From an uncultured Gemmatimonadales bacterium (GTDB lineage Bacteria; Gemmatimonadota; Gemmatimonadetes; Gemmatimonadales; GWC2-71-9), in contig CAWHFW010000006.1 in NCBI GenBank assembly GCA_963828735.1, positions 1 to 64,000 on the forward strand: DNA of 64,000 nt, in the 5' to 3' direction. Each line of letters starts with the position of its first letter. Position 1 is the first letter of the stretch. A model generated the notes under the pieces. It was not told where the DNA came from and made no database searches. It saw only the letters and a list, made by a program, of their open reading frames with translations. Made by a program: the position numbers and the translations under genes. This document shows positions 1-11,840 of the stretch, piece after piece.

Positions 1-620
1 CGTATATTTGATTTCGAAGGGTATGTGGACCTGCAGGCTCCGTATCTCGATCCGGCTGGCCGCGCATGCCGAGATCATTGCGCCCTCGCATCCTGGATTG
101 GGCACTCACCGCTGGCCGGCCGGCTTCGATACCGTGTATGACCTGGTGCATCATCTTTCCAGACCTTTCGAACGTTGCCGCACGAAAAGGTGACATTGCT
201 TGGGTCTCTGTTCGGCGGTTGGCTCTGGCCGCTGAGATCGCTGTGATGTGCAGCCATCGGCTGGAACGATGATCTGGTCGATCTGCTGGGCATCAAGCTC
301 GGCGACCGCGAGAGCCGTGACATCCTCGATCTGTTCAATGCCGCGCGAGCCGAGGGATACAGCGTCGCACCTGGCATGATCCGCGAAGTGGGCACCCCAT
401 TTCAACGCGATGTCGGATGACGCGATCGTGGTGCACGCGCGCAATCGCGACGCGCTGCGCCTGATGCGGCAGCCGTTCATGTACAATCCGAACCTGCCGC
501 GCTGGCTGCGCTGTGTCGCGGTGCTGATGTTGTTGCTATGGGTGCCAGCGACGGCGTGGGTGAACGCCCACGATGGCTGCGCGACTGCTTATTTGATCGG
601 CCAGATCGTAACTGATCGAA
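1..620 (+). CDS. Possible fragment of an uncharacterised protein, frameshifted and truncated at the window edge
   Basis: Protein-like segments in alternating + frames (DDLVDLLGIKLGDRESRDILDLFNAARAEGY; MSDDAIVVHARNRDALRLMRQPF). No family recognised. Confidence 0.25.
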
Positions 621-623
621 CAG

Positions 624-1556
624 GTGGCGACCACCGAGATCGCGACAAGCCGCGGCGTCGCCGCGCGAATGCCCGCGTTCCTCGCGATCGACGGCGGACC
701 TCATCGGCACACGGTCCAACGTCGCTGGCTGTTCGACCTTCCGCCGCTGCCGTCCTGTGCTCTCAGCGCCGAGCTGAAGCTTGCGACCTGGAATCTCGAA
801 TGGCTGACGGACCGCAACCATCAGCTTCCGGCCGACGTGCGGCCGAAGCAGCCGGAGGATGTCGCCCTGCTCCGCCGCTATGCGGATGAACTCGACGCGG
901 ATGTGATTGCCGTCCAGGAGGTCGACGGCAGCGCCATCGCCGCGCGCGTCTTTTCGCCTGACAATATATCCATCCATCTACCCGCGACCACGTCGTGCAA
1001 CGCGTCGGCCTGGTGGTCAGGAGGGGCATCAGCTACAGCGTCAATCCTGACGTACCGGGTTGGATGTTGATCCCGGTCGACAGCTGCGCAGCGGAGCGGA
1101 CATCACGTTGAGGCTGGCGCATGGCTCGCTGCGCGTGCTCGCGCTCCATCTCAAGACCGGCTGCTTCGACGATCCACTGGACCGCACGAAGCGCCGTGCG
1201 TGCGTCGAGTTGCGCGAACAGATCGCCCCGTTGCGCGACTGGATCGCCGCACGCGGTGCCGAAGGCGTGCCGTTCGCGGTTCTCGGCGACCTCAATCGAC
1301 ACATGGATGGGCGTGACCAGATGTGGGCTGTGCTGCGCCAGGCCGCACCGCTGGTGCGCGCCACCGAGGGCCGCGCGAGTCCGTGCTGGGGCGGCGAAGC
1401 CTTCATCGACCACATCCTGTTGGGCGGCGCTGCGCGCGACTGGCTGCAGCCCGGATACGCTGCGCGTCGCTGACCTATCGCGAGACCGGCGCGGCGTGGC
1501 GGCAGCGCCTGTCGGACCATTGTCCGGTGTCGGTGCGCTTGCGCATCCCGGACTGA
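624..1556 (+). CDS. Endonuclease/exonuclease/phosphatase (EEP) family protein, split by indels; start uncertain
   Basis: EEP motifs spread over ORFs 624..1070, 1060..1473 and 1323..1556: LKLATWNLEWL, DVIAVQEV, ALHLK, VLGDLNR, IDHIL, SDHCPV. Confidence 0.85.
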
Positions 1557-1594
1557 CCGCGTTGAATGCGGCGCAGGCGGAGGGAGGCTGCGGC

Positions 1595-2685
1595 ATGAAG
1601 ATCACCGGCATCACGACCAAGGAGTTCCGCTGGCCGCGCCATAAGCCGATCTCGAACGGCCAGCACACCTACACCCACTGCGACCTTCGCCGTGGTGAAG
1701 ATCGAGACCGACGAGGGCATCACCGGCATCGGGCTCGGCGGTGGCGGCGAGCATCGAGCGCGCGACCATCGAGCGCCTGAAGCCGATGCTGATCGGCGAG
1801 GACCCGATCGACGTCGAGCGGCTGTGGCACAAGATGTGGGTGCCGAAGCTGATCGGCCGACGCGGCCTGACCACGCGCGCGATCTCCGCGATCGACATCG
1901 GGCTGTGGGACATCCGCGCCAAGGTCGCCAGCCTGCCGCTCTACAAGCTGCTCGGCGGCTTCCGCGATCGCGTGCCGACCTACATCGCCGGCGGCTACTA
2001 CGAGGAGGGCAAGGGCCTGAACGAACTCGCACGCGAGATGGACGACAACGTGCGCATGGGCGCCAAGGCGGTCAAGATGAAGATCGGCGCGGTGCCGATC
2101 GCCGAGGACGTGGCGCGGGTACGGGTCGTGCGCGAGGCGATCGGGCCGGACGTCAAGCTGCTGGTCGACGCCAACTGCGCCTACCGCTACTACGAGGCGA
2201 TCCAGCTCGCCAAGCGCATCGAGGAGTACGACATCTTCTGGTTCGAGGAGCCGGTGGCGCCGGACGACTACGACGGCCATCGCAAGCTGGCACAGGCGAC
2301 CAGCATCCCGATCGCGACCGGCGAGAACGAGTACACCCGCTACGGCTTCCGCGACCTGATCAGGCACGAGTGCGCGGCGATCCTGAACGCCGACGCCAAG
2401 GTGCTGGGCGGCGTGACCGAGTTCATGAAGGTGGCGGCGCTGGCGCAGGCGCACGATCTCGACATCGCGCCGCACGGCTCGCAGGACATCCACGTGCACC
2501 TGGTCGCGGCGATCTCGAACGGCCTGATCCTGGAGTTCTACCGCGACACGGTGGATCCGATGTGGGGCCGCGTCTACCGCCACACGCTGACGCTGAACGA
2601 CGACGGCACGGTCAGCCCGCCGGACGTGCCCGGCATCGGCGCCGATCCGAACTATGACTTGCTGGCCGAATTCCGCGTCGCCTGA
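1595..2685 (+). CDS. Mandelate racemase/muconate lactonizing enzyme (enolase superfamily); frameshifts near 1690 and 1740
   Basis: RBS GGGAGG then MKITGITTKEFRW; VKIETDEGITGIG; KxK (VKMKIG); metal ligands in VDAN, FEEP, TGENE; APHG. Confidence 0.9.
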
Positions 2686-2703
2686 CACCGGAGGGACATC
2701 AAC

Positions 2704-3135
2704 ATGGCAAAGATCCTGATCATCCACGGCGCCGGCATGAACATGCGCGGCAAGGTGCAGACCGAGATATTCGGGCCGATGACGCTGCCCGAATACGACG
2801 AACGCATCCGCGGCTACGCGAACGAGCTCGGCGTCGAGATCGAGATCTTCCACTCGAACATCGAGGGCGAGGTCATCAACCGGCTGTACGAGGCGAACGA
2901 CCGCGGCTTCGACGCGGCGATATTCAATCCGGCCGGCTTCTCGCGCGGCTATCCGGCGCTGGTCGCGGCGATCGGCCAGGTGAAGTTCCCGACCATCGAG
3001 CTGCACATCTCGAACCCGGTGCGCCGCGGCCCGGTCTCCGAGACCGCGACGGTGAGCCAGGGGATGGTCACCGGCTTCGGCATCGCCGGCTACTACCTGG
3101 CGCTGCGCGGCCTGCGGGACATGCTGGCGAAGTGA
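2704..3135 (+). CDS. aroQ: Type II 3-dehydroquinate dehydratase-like protein (divergent active site)
   Basis: ILIIHG..N..G, FHSNIEGEVI, IFNPAG and ELHISN motifs; GGAGG RBS; 143 aa. Confidence 0.85.
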   Translation: MAKILIIHGAGMNMRGKVQTEIFGPMTLPEYDERIRGYANELGVEIEIFHSNIEGEVINRLYEANDRGFDAAIFNPAGFSRGYPALVAAIGQVKFPTIELHISNPVRRGPVSETATVSQGMVTGFGIAGYYLALRGLRDMLAK

Positions 3136-3150
3136 CTGGCGTTGCGGATA

Positions 3151-3231
3151 GATGGGTATCGCTGCGCTCAACCCATCCTACGGCGGGCACGTCGCGTCGT
3201 GTAGGATGGGTTGAGCGCAGCGATACCCATC
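3151..3231. repeat. GTAG-type REP doublet (REPIN-like): perfect 31-bp inverted repeat with 19-bp spacer
   Basis: gatgggtatcgctgcgctcaacccatcctac (3151-3181) and its exact reverse complement gtaggatgggttgagcgcagcgatacccatc (3201-3231). Confidence 0.9.
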
Positions 3232-3332
3232 GCCATCCAACTCCATAACTCGAACGACATTACCCCGCGCGTAATCGCTTCGGCGCGGCGCGGTCGTCAC
3301 GATGGGAACCACCAAGCAAGGAGGTTCCCATC

Positions 3333-4726
3333 ATGGATATCCAGAACTCGCCGCGCCCGCTCGTCGCTGGTGGGCACTGGCGAGCGTGGCCGCGGCGCAG
3401 TTCCTCGCCGTGGTCGACGCGTTCATCGTCAACGTCGCGATCCCGTCGATCCGCGCCGACCTGCACGCCGATGCCGCCGAGATCCAGGCTGTCGTCGCGG
3501 TCTACCAGATCGCCTACGCCGCGCTGGTGATCACCGGCGGCCGGCTCGGCGACATCGTCGGCCGCAAGCGCGTGTTCATCACCGGCGTCACTCGGCTTCA
3601 CGCTGGCCTCGCTGTGGTGCGGGCTGTCGGGATCGGCCGCGATGCTGATCTTCGCCCGCGCCGCGCAAGGCGGCGCTGCAGCGATGATGGTGCCGCAGGT
3701 GCTCGCCTCGATCCACACGCTGTTCCCCGACGGTGCGCGCGCGCGCGCCTTCGCCATCTTCGGCGTCGCGATCGGCCTGGGCGGCGCGGTCGGCTTCATG
3801 CTCGGCGGCTGGCTGGTGACGCTGAACCTCGCAGGCCTCGGCTGGCGCAGCATCTTCTGCGTCAACGTGCCGATCGGCGTGGGCATCGCGCTCGCCGCGG
3901 CATGGCTGATGCCGGAGATGCCGCGCAACGCCGGCACGCGGCTCGACCTGCGCGGGGCCGTCGTGCTGTTCGCCGGGCTGCTCGGCCTGGTCGTGCCGCT
4001 GATGTTCGGTCGCGAACTCGGCTGGCCGTGGTGGCTTTGGCTCGCGATGGCGGCCGGCGTCACGATGCTGGTCGGCTTCGTACGCCTGCAGCGCAGCGCT
4101 GGAGCGACGCGGCGGCATGCCGCTGATCGACCTCGGCCTGCTCGAGGACCGCGTCTTCGTGGCTGGCATGTGCGCGACGTTCTGCTTCTTCGCGGGCAAC
4201 CTGTCGTTCTATTTCGTGCTGACGCTGTACATCCAGAACGGCCTCGGCTTCTCGCCGTTCGATGCGGCACTGACGGTGATGCCGCTGGCGTTCGCGTTCG
4301 TCGCCGGTTCGCGGCTGGGCGGCGGCCGGCTGATCGAAGGCTGCGTCGTGCAGGGCATCGGCCTGGCCGGTACCGCGCTGCTGGTCGGCACGATCGCGCA
4401 GCCGAGCATGGCGATGCTGATGCTGCCGCTCGCGGTGTTCGGCTATGGCCAGGGTATGGTGCTGGCGCCGCTGTTCAGCGCGGTGCTGACGCAGGTGCGC
4501 CACGCACATGCCGGCTCAGGCGCAGGCATCCTCACAACGACGCAGCAGGTCGCGAACGGGGCCGGCGTCGTGGTGGTGGGCGCGGTCGTACTTCGCCGTG
4601 CAAGGTCTGGACGGCAACCGCTGGGCGATACTGGCAGCGATGATCACGATCGGCTGCACGGTGGCGGCGACGATCGGCTTTCTGCACCGCATGCGGCCAC
4701 GCAACGCCTTCGCAACAGCGGTGTGA
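3333..4726 (+). CDS. MFS transporter, DHA2/EmrB-like (14-TM), multiple indels
   Basis: AAGGAGG RBS before ATG 3333; VVDAFIVNVAIPSI, GGRLGDIVGRKRVF, GWRSIFCVNVPIG and PLIDLGLL motifs across frames. Confidence 0.9.
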
Positions 4727-4733
4727 TACCGTC

Positions 4734-4845
4734 TGTCATTGCGAGGAGCAAAGCGACGAAGCAATCTCAGAGTCACGTTGTGCGCGCACCGCGTGACCAA
4801 GATTGCCGCGTCGAGGCTGATCGTCTCCTGCGTCACTGCACAGCG
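4734..4845. repeat. CGTC-type palindromic repeat plus a degenerate inverted partner, between convergent genes
   Basis: tgtcattgcgaggagcaaagcgacgaagcaatctc (4734-4768) matches the common alphaproteobacterial repeat; a weak partner agattgccgcgtcg starts near 4800. Confidence 0.65.
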
Positions 4846-4859
4846 GGCGGGTCTGCCTG

Positions 4860-6168
4860 CTACATGTGGCTCGGCAGGTAAAGCGCGAGGATCGGAAACG
4901 CGATCAGGATCGCCAGTCGGATGATGTCGGTGATGACGAACGGCATGACGCCATAGAAGATGGTGGAGAAGCTCACGTCCTTCACCACCGTCTTGATGAC
5001 GAAGACGTTCATCCCGACCGGCGGATGGATCAGCCCGAGTTCCACCGTCATCACGATGATCACGCCGAACCACATCGGATCGAAGCCGAGCGTGGTGATG
5101 ACCGGAAAGATGATCGGCACCGTCAGGATGATCATCGCCATCGCGTCCATCAGGCAGCCGAGGACGAGATACATCAGCATGATCAGCACCAGCACGCCGT
5201 AGCGGCCGAAGCCGAGACCGGTGACGAATGCGGTCACCTTCTGCGGCGTCTGCGTCACCGTCAGGAAGTAGCCGAACAGGATGGCGCCGATCAGGATGGT
5301 GAACACGGCGGCGGCGGTGCGCGTCGCCTGCAGCAGCGAGGCCAGAATGTCCTCGCGCGACAGGCGGCCGCGCGCGACGCCGATCAGGAACGCGCCGCCC
5401 GCGCCCACGCCGCCCGCCTCGGTCGGCGTGAACAGTCCGCCGTAGAGCCCGCCGATGACGAACACGAACAGCAGCAGCGGCGCCCAGACGTCGCGCATCG
5501 CCTGCAGGCGCTCGCGTCCAGGAGCTGCGCGGCGCCGGCCGGCAGATAGCCCGGCCGCACAGCGCCGATCACGCGCGATCGTCGCCATGTACATCGAGAC
5601 GGCGAGCAGCCCCGGAAGGATGCCGGCCATGAACAGCTTGCCGATGTCCTGCTGGGTGATCAGGCCATAGACCGCGAGCACGATCGAGGGCGGGAACATC
5701 GCGCCCAGCGTGCCGCCGGCGGCGATCACACCGGTGGCGAAGGATTGCGGATAGTGGTAGCAGCCGCATCTCGGGATAGGCGACGGTGGAGAATGTCGCG
5801 GCGGTCGCGACCGACGAGCCGCTGATCGCGGCGAAGCCGGCGCAGGCGGCGATGGTGGCGATGCCCAGCCCGCCGCGCAGATGGCCGACGAAACTGTTGG
5901 CGGCCTGGAACAGCTCGCGGCTCATGCCGGAGCGCGAGACGAACGCGCCCATCAGCAGGAACATCGGGATCACGCCGAACGTGTAGTCGGTGACCGTGCG
6001 CATCGAGGTCTGCCCGACCATCTTCAGCGCCGGCGTGCCGCCGACCAGATAGCCGAAGCCGCTGACGCCGACGAGCCCCATCGCCATGCCGACCGGCACG
6101 CGCAGCAGCATCAGCGCGAACAGCACGACGAAGCCGATGACGGCGACGGCGTCGCTGCTCAGGTCCAT
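4860..6168 (-). CDS. dctM: TRAP transporter large permease, frameshifted
   Basis: LLRVPVGMAMG, VIPMFLLMG, ISGSSVATAA, GGTLGAMFPPS, FTPTEAG and LIHPPVGMNVF motifs. Confidence 0.93.
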
Positions 6169-6699
6169 CACTCGACCGGCCTGACCACGCCGGCGTCGGC
6201 GACGTTCTCCGGGTGGAAGATCAGCCGATAGGTGCGCACCGCGATCAGCAGCACGGCGGACACATCGCCGAGCCAGGCGACCAGCGCGAACGGCCAGGTC
6301 GGCAGATGCAGGTCGAAGGTCAGCACGTTGTCGGCACGCGTCAGCCGCACCTTGTCGAACAGCATCGCGGTCTGCACGCTGACCACGAACAGCAGCACCA
6401 GCGTGGCGAAGATGTCGATCAGCCGCTTGCCGCGCGGCCCGACCGCCGCCCAGACCAGGTCGACCGTGATGTGCGTGCCGCGATAGCTGGTCGCGGCGAT
6501 GCCCCAGAAGATCAGGATCCCCAGCAGCAGCTTGCCGAAATCGTAGCTGTCGGGAATCGACACGGCGAAGAAGTAGCGCAGCAGCACCGAGATGAAGATG
6601 TCGACCGCGACGATGCCGACGAAGGCCGCGGCCAGCCAGCTCGATGCCGTCGATGAAGCGGTCCATCCGGTTGCGGGCGCGAGCGATCGCTTCGGGCAT
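6168..6699 (-). CDS. dctQ: TRAP transporter small permease, frameshifted near 6640
   Basis: 4-TM protein with LLRYFF and GTHITVDL; TGATG coupling to dctM. Confidence 0.88.
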
Positions 6700-6708
6700 C
6701 CGTCGCGC

Positions 6709-7715
6709 TCATTCGGCCAGCGCGCCGCGCTTCTTCAGCTCCGCCTGCAGCTCGCCGAACACCGCATCGGCGTCCTTCACCTGCGCCGCCCATTTCGCCT
6801 TCAGCGGCTCGGCCGCCTTGCGCCAGGCCGCGATCTGATCCGGCGTCAGCTTGTAGACCTCGTGGCCGGCCACGGCCGCGATCTTGTCGCGGCCGCCATG
6901 TTCCCAGTCCGCCCAGGGACTGGCGATCTTCTCCGCCCATTCGGTGGTGCAATGAGCGTCGATCACCGCCTTCTGCGCCGGCGACATGCCATCGTACTTC
7001 TCCTTGTTCATCGCCCACACGAAGGTCGCGGTCCAGAACGGCATGTCCATGTGGTATTTCACCACCTTGTCGATGCCGAACAGGATGATCGACCGCCAGG
7101 GGAAGGTGATCGCGTCGGCCACGCCGCGCTCCAGCACTTCGCGCGCCTCGGGCGCCGAGGCCTGCACATTCGTGCCGCCCAGCAGGTGACAAATGCGCCC
7201 ATCGTGGCATTGGCCGGTCGCACCTTCACGCCGCGCAGATCCTCCGGCAGAACGATCTTCTTCGCCGTGAATGGAACGTGCCGGGATCGAGCACGAAGGC
7301 GAAGCAGAAATGCGTGTCCTTCATCTCGGCCGCCGCATATTTGCGGTACCACGCATCGAGCGCCGCCGAGCCGCCCTTGGCGTTGCCGAACAGGAACGGC
7401 AGTTCGCCGGCGGCGATGATCGGGAAGCGGCCGGGCTGATAGCCCGGATTGACATAGGTGAAGTCGGCGATGCCGTCGCGCGCCATGTCGTAATGATCCA
7501 TCGCCTTGCCGAGCTGCTCCGACGGGAACAGCGTGGACTTGATCGTGCCGCCGGAGGCCTTGTCGATGTCCTCGCCCCAGGCTTGCAGCGCCGGGTTGAG
7601 CGGATGCGCCGGCGGCACCCAGCTCGACAGCTTGAGCTGCACCGTCTTGTCCTGCGCCTGCGCGCCGCGTCATGCACAGCACGAGCAGAATGGCGATGGC
7701 GATGCGGTTGAACAC
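6709..7715 (-). CDS. dctP: TRAP substrate-binding protein, frameshifted
   Basis: Signal peptide, then LKLSSWVPPAHP, DMARDGIAD, GYQPGRFP, PEDLRGVKVR, ALERGVAD-like motif. Confidence 0.9.
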
Positions 7716-7793
7716 GGCGTTCCTCTCCCTGTCTGGCGTTTCGTGGCTGGTCCGGGACAAACTATGACGTGCCATTTCGCGAAGGAAACCGCA

Positions 7794-8558
7794 ATGCGTC
7801 TCGACGGACAGGCTGCGATCGTCACCGGCGGCGCCTCCGGGCTGGGGGCCGCGACCGCGCAACGCCTGGCGCGCGCCGGCTGCCGCGTGGCGGTGCTCGA
7901 CATCAACCAGGAGCCGGCCGAGGCGAGCGCGCAGCGGATCGGCGGCATCGGCATCGCATGCGACGTGGCCGATGCCGCGTCCGCCGAAGCCGCGGTTGCG
8001 AAGGCACGCGAGGCGCATGGACCGGCGCGGCTGCTGGTGAACTGTGCCGGCGTCGGCACTGCCGGACGCATCGTCGGACGCGACGGTCCGATGCAGCTCG
8101 CCGCGTTCGAGCGCGTGATCCGCATCAACCTGATCGGCAGCTTCAATCTGCTGCGGCTGGCGGCGGCCGACATGGGCGCGCTCGATCCGCTGGAAGACGG
8201 CGAGCGCGGCGTGATCGTCAACACCGCATCGATCGCTGCGTACGAGGGCCAGGTCGGCCAGGCCGCCTATGCCGCGTCGAAGGCCGGTGTGATCGGGCAT
8301 GACGTTGCCGGCGGCGCGGGAACTGGCGCGCGTCGGTGTGCGGGTGGTGACGATCGCGCCCGGGCTGTTCCACACGCCGATGGTCGAGGGACTGCCAGCC
8401 GCGGCGCAGCAGGGCCTCGCGGACAGCATCCCGTTTCCGCAGCGCCTCGGCAGCGCCGGAGGAATACGCGGCACTGGTCGAGCACATCGTCGATCAATCG
8501 ATTCATCAATGGCGAGACGATCAGACTGGATGGCGCATTGCGCATGGCGCCGCGCTGA
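7794..8558 (+). CDS. SDR family oxidoreductase, 3-hydroxyacyl-CoA dehydrogenase type II-like; compensating indels near 8300 and 8460
   Basis: [24 protein letters not shown], YxxxK (YAASK), [11 protein letters not shown]. Confidence 0.92.
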   Translation: MRLDGQAAIVTGGASGLGAATAQRLARAGCRVAVLDINQEPAEASAQRIGGIGIACDVADAASAEAAVAKAREAHGPARLLVNCAGVGTAGRIVGRDGPMQLAAFERVIRINLIGSFNLLRLAAADMGALDPLEDGERGVIVNTASIAAYEGQVGQAAYAASKAGVIGHDVAGGAGTGARRCAGGDDRARAVPHADGRGTASRGAAGPRGQHPVSAAPRQRRRNTRHWSSTSSINRFINGETIRLDGALRMAPR

Positions 8559-8584
8559 CTGTCAGGTGGAGTTACGTTGCAAAA

Positions 8585-9787
8585 TCACTCGCCAGAGATC
8601 GTCTTCCCCACCGGAACCCAACGGCCGCTCTCGAAGCGCTGGATCTGGAACCTGTTGACCACACTGTAGTCGGTGGAACTCGTGGTTACCGTGATGCCTG
8701 GAAGCAGCATCGGCACGCGGAGGTCGTTCAGATGGGTGGCGATATTGAGCACGTTCTCCCGGGTCAGCGTCGATCCTGCCTTTTCGAGCACGTGCGCGGC
8801 CAGATAGGAGGCGATGTAACCGACGACCACACCGCTGTCGCGCGGATTGCCCTGGGTCAGGTTGGCTTTCTCCCAGTCCAGAAAACTCTTCACGTCCGCG
8901 TCGTCCGCCCACGCTGGATCAAACGGATCCTTGGCATAGGCGGTCGAGATCAGGCCTTCCGCGTTCTCCAGCCCAGCGGGCTTGAGCACCCCCTCGACGC
9001 CGCTCGCGATGCTGCACACGAGATGCAGTGGCGTCCATCCGAGCTTGCGAACGCCGCGGATTTGCTCGGCACCGGCCTTCTGGGTGCCGGCGAAGTAGAA
9101 TACGTTCGCCCCCGATACCTTCGCCGCGATTAGCTGTAAATCAACCGTCGGGTCGGCGACCTCGAAGGTCTGTTCGCTGACAATCAGGAAGTCGGCCTTA
9201 TCGCCGAGGCCGGAACGAAATCCGGCCCGAAAATCCTTGCCGAGATCGTCGTTCTGGTAGAGCACCGCGATCTTGGGCGCGGCGACGGCTTCGAGTACGT
9301 AGCGCCCCATCGCCCGGCCTTCCGCCACGTAGCCGGGCATGAACGCCATGGTCCAGGGAAATGCCTTGGGATCCCTGAAGCGGCTCGCCCCCGTGGTGAT
9401 GAACAGTTGCGGTACCTTCTTGACGTTGAGATATTTCTCCACCGCCGCGTTGGTGGGCGTGCCCACGGATCCGTACATCATCAGGACGTTGTCGTCCTCG
9501 ACCAGACGTCGCGTCGCCTCGACGGTCTTCGGCGGGATGTAGCCGTCATCGAGCGCGATGAGCTTGACCTGCCGGCCATTGATTCCGCCGGCCTTGTTGA
9601 CGGCATCGAAATAAGCGAGCGAGGCATGCCCCACCACACCCGCGACTGAAACCGGACCGCTGAACGGCACGGTCTGCCCGAGCTTGATCTCGGTGGCGGA
9701 GGCGCCGGGATCGTACTGCTGCGCCATCGCTGCGCCGGCCGCGATGATAAAGATCATCGCGACCGCGCGGAACATGCTGCCGTGCAA
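8585..9787 (-). CDS. ABC transporter branched-chain amino acid-type (LivJ-like) substrate-binding protein
   Basis: Signal peptide, then [39 protein letters not shown]. Confidence 0.9.
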   Translation of the reverse strand: MHGSMFRAVAMIFIIAAGAAMAQQYDPGASATEIKLGQTVPFSGPVSVAGVVGHASLAYFDAVNKAGGINGRQVKLIALDDGYIPPKTVEATRRLVEDDNVLMMYGSVGTPTNAAVEKYLNVKKVPQLFITTGASRFRDPKAFPWTMAFMPGYVAEGRAMGRYVLEAVAAPKIAVLYQNDDLGKDFRAGFRSGLGDKADFLIVSEQTFEVADPTVDLQLIAAKVSGANVFYFAGTQKAGAEQIRGVRKLGWTPLHLVCSIASGVEGVLKPAGLENAEGLISTAYAKDPFDPAWADDADVKSFLDWEKANLTQGNPRDSGVVVGYIASYLAAHVLEKAGSTLTRENVLNIATHLNDLRVPMLLPGITVTTSSTDYSVVNRFQIQRFESGRWVPVGKTISGE

Positions 9788-9906
9788 TCGCCTGTCCTCC
9801 CTTGACTTGCCGGCGAACGCCTTATCGGCGGTGGCACCCGATTGTCCGGCGCCGTTCCGTGGCGGTCAATCCCGCCGGAGCGCTACGATCGGTGAGCTTT
9901 GGAAAG

Positions 9907-10854
9907 TCACAGTCCCTCGCGTGCCAGCGTCACGGATGGAAGTTCGCCGAAGATCGCCTTGTATTGGCCTGCGAACTGTCCGAATTGCCAGAAACCATAG
10001 CGCGTGGCGACTTCGGTCACGGTCGTCGTTTTCGGATCGGACCTGCCGAGGTCACGCCGCGCGAGGTGCATACGGCGCATCAGTAGGAAATGCTTGGGGC
10101 CGGCTCCCAGTTGCTCCTGGCAACAGACGCGCAACGTCCGCTCGGGCACTCCGATGGCCTTGCAGATTTCGGGAATGTAGAGCGGCTGATCCGAGCGTTC
10201 CGCCAAATACCGATGAAACCGCCGCATGATGAGCGCGTGGCGCCGCTGCGCGACGCGCTGCTCCGATGAGTCACCCGTTGCGAGGCAGGCCACCATGGCC
10301 TCGATCAGGGCTTGTTCGAGACCGCGTGCGGATTCCGGATGGGCGATGATGTCCGGCTGGGTCTTCGCTATGTGTGCGGCCGCGGCATGCAGACGTTGCA
10401 GTCTTGCCATTGCCGATGGAGGTGGCGTGACGATCGACGTGTCGCGCGGTGGCGAAAGGTCGCAGCCAGCGAAAGCCGCGCTGATCGCCGCAATCTCGGC
10501 CAGTGGTAGCGACATTGCGGCGGTAACTGAAGCCCCGGTTGAACGATGATAGTAACTGGCCCCTTCCCTGTGGCGTATGAGGTTCGCTGGCGTCAGCTCT
10601 ACGCCTTGCCAGGACTGTGCTGGTACGGGCTGCGCCGGGAATGCGATGACGGCACGGCCGCCAAGACCGGTCGTATGCCTGATCCGGCTGGTGTTCTCGG
10701 TGAACCGTTGCATCCACAGATGATGGAAATCGATACGGACGATCTCCGAGCTGAATGCTCCGCGTCCGGTTACGGTCATCTCCGACACACCTTGGCGGAT
10801 GGCCGCGGCGTGTTCGTCGGGATCGGTGAAAACCCGGACAGCACTTGAGGGCAT
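9907..10854 (-). CDS. AraC/EutR-like transcriptional regulator
   Basis: C-terminal double HTH: EICKAIGVPERTL ... TVTEVATRYGFWQFGQFAGQYKAIFGELPS. Confidence 0.92.
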   Translation of the reverse strand: MPSSAVRVFTDPDEHAAAIRQGVSEMTVTGRGAFSSEIVRIDFHHLWMQRFTENTSRIRHTTGLGGRAVIAFPAQPVPAQSWQGVELTPANLIRHREGASYYHRSTGASVTAAMSLPLAEIAAISAAFAGCDLSPPRDTSIVTPPPSAMARLQRLHAAAAHIAKTQPDIIAHPESARGLEQALIEAMVACLATGDSSEQRVAQRRHALIMRRFHRYLAERSDQPLYIPEICKAIGVPERTLRVCCQEQLGAGPKHFLLMRRMHLARRDLGRSDPKTTTVTEVATRYGFWQFGQFAGQYKAIFGELPSVTLAREGL

Positions 10855-10909
10855 GCGAAGCTCTCCGACGCGGGTCGCGATCAGGCCAGCCGATCGATCG
10901 GTAATCCAG

Positions 10910-11755
10910 TTAAGATTGCATGGCAATTCCCGGCACCGTCCCCCCGCGGGACGCACGACGGGCTCGGTCCGCCAGATTCAGATGAACGTAAGCGGCAGGA
11001 CCGATGCCCAGGATCTGCTTGCAGCAACGGCGCAGATACCCGTCCGAGACGGCAAGCTCGGCGCGCAGTGCGGTAAGGTCGGCATAGCGTTCGGGCTGGC
11101 TCTGGAGTAGATCTTCCAGGTCGGCAACAACGTCCTGACACCGTCGCGGTCCCGAGGCGTCTTCACCAGGGCCCGCCGATATGCACCCGACCAGGGAATG
11201 GATCAATTGCTGTTCCAGGCCATGGGCCGCCTCCGGATCGACAATCGTTTGCGGTCGCATCCCGGCAGCGCGGATGGCTGCGGCATGAAGCTGCATGAAG
11301 CATTTGCAGGCCGCCACTGACCGGCGCCATCGCTGGGCGGCGATGGGCAAGGTGAGAAACTGACCTGTCAGCTGACTGAAATACGCCGGGAACTCATCCG
11401 CCGGCAGCGAAACGGCGCCCCAGCGACTTGGTCCCTCGGTCCGCATATGCAGGCGGTGATGGGTCCGCAGGTCAGGATCTCTCCCCTGCTCGAGGCTGAT
11501 TCCACTCCAGACGGTGATGGCTGATCACCGATCGTGAACAGCGCCAGCAGCGTGTCCGGCGGGATCTTGAGGTAATAATCCGCGATGCTTGTTCGCCGAC
11601 GGCCCAGAGACGCAGTCGTTGCAATTCGACCTGCGTCAGATGTACACGAAACTCCCCGCGTCCGGTCACGATAAGTCGAACATAGCCGGCACGTCTCGCA
11701 AGGCCGTTTCGAGGTCACTTGCATGGCTGAAAACCGACGTCATGCTGGCCGGCAT
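10910..11755 (-). CDS. Second AraC/EutR-like paralogue, frameshifted and lacking the second HTH
   Basis: Paralogous to its neighbour (VTGRGEF, QLHAAA, PEAAHGLEQQLIHSLVGC); only the first HTH is present. Confidence 0.7.
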
Positions 11756-11840
11756 TGTCCACCCGTCGGTTCGACTTTTGTTTCGGGGCCAGCTGCCCCC
11801 AAAACTACCGGGGCCGAACTATGTCGAGTGACGTGCTTCG

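Noticed and set aside
624..8558. Calling the split genes pseudogenes or programmed frameshifts
   Set aside because: The indels are scattered, often compensating, clustered by region and lack slippery-site context, which is more consistent with read error.
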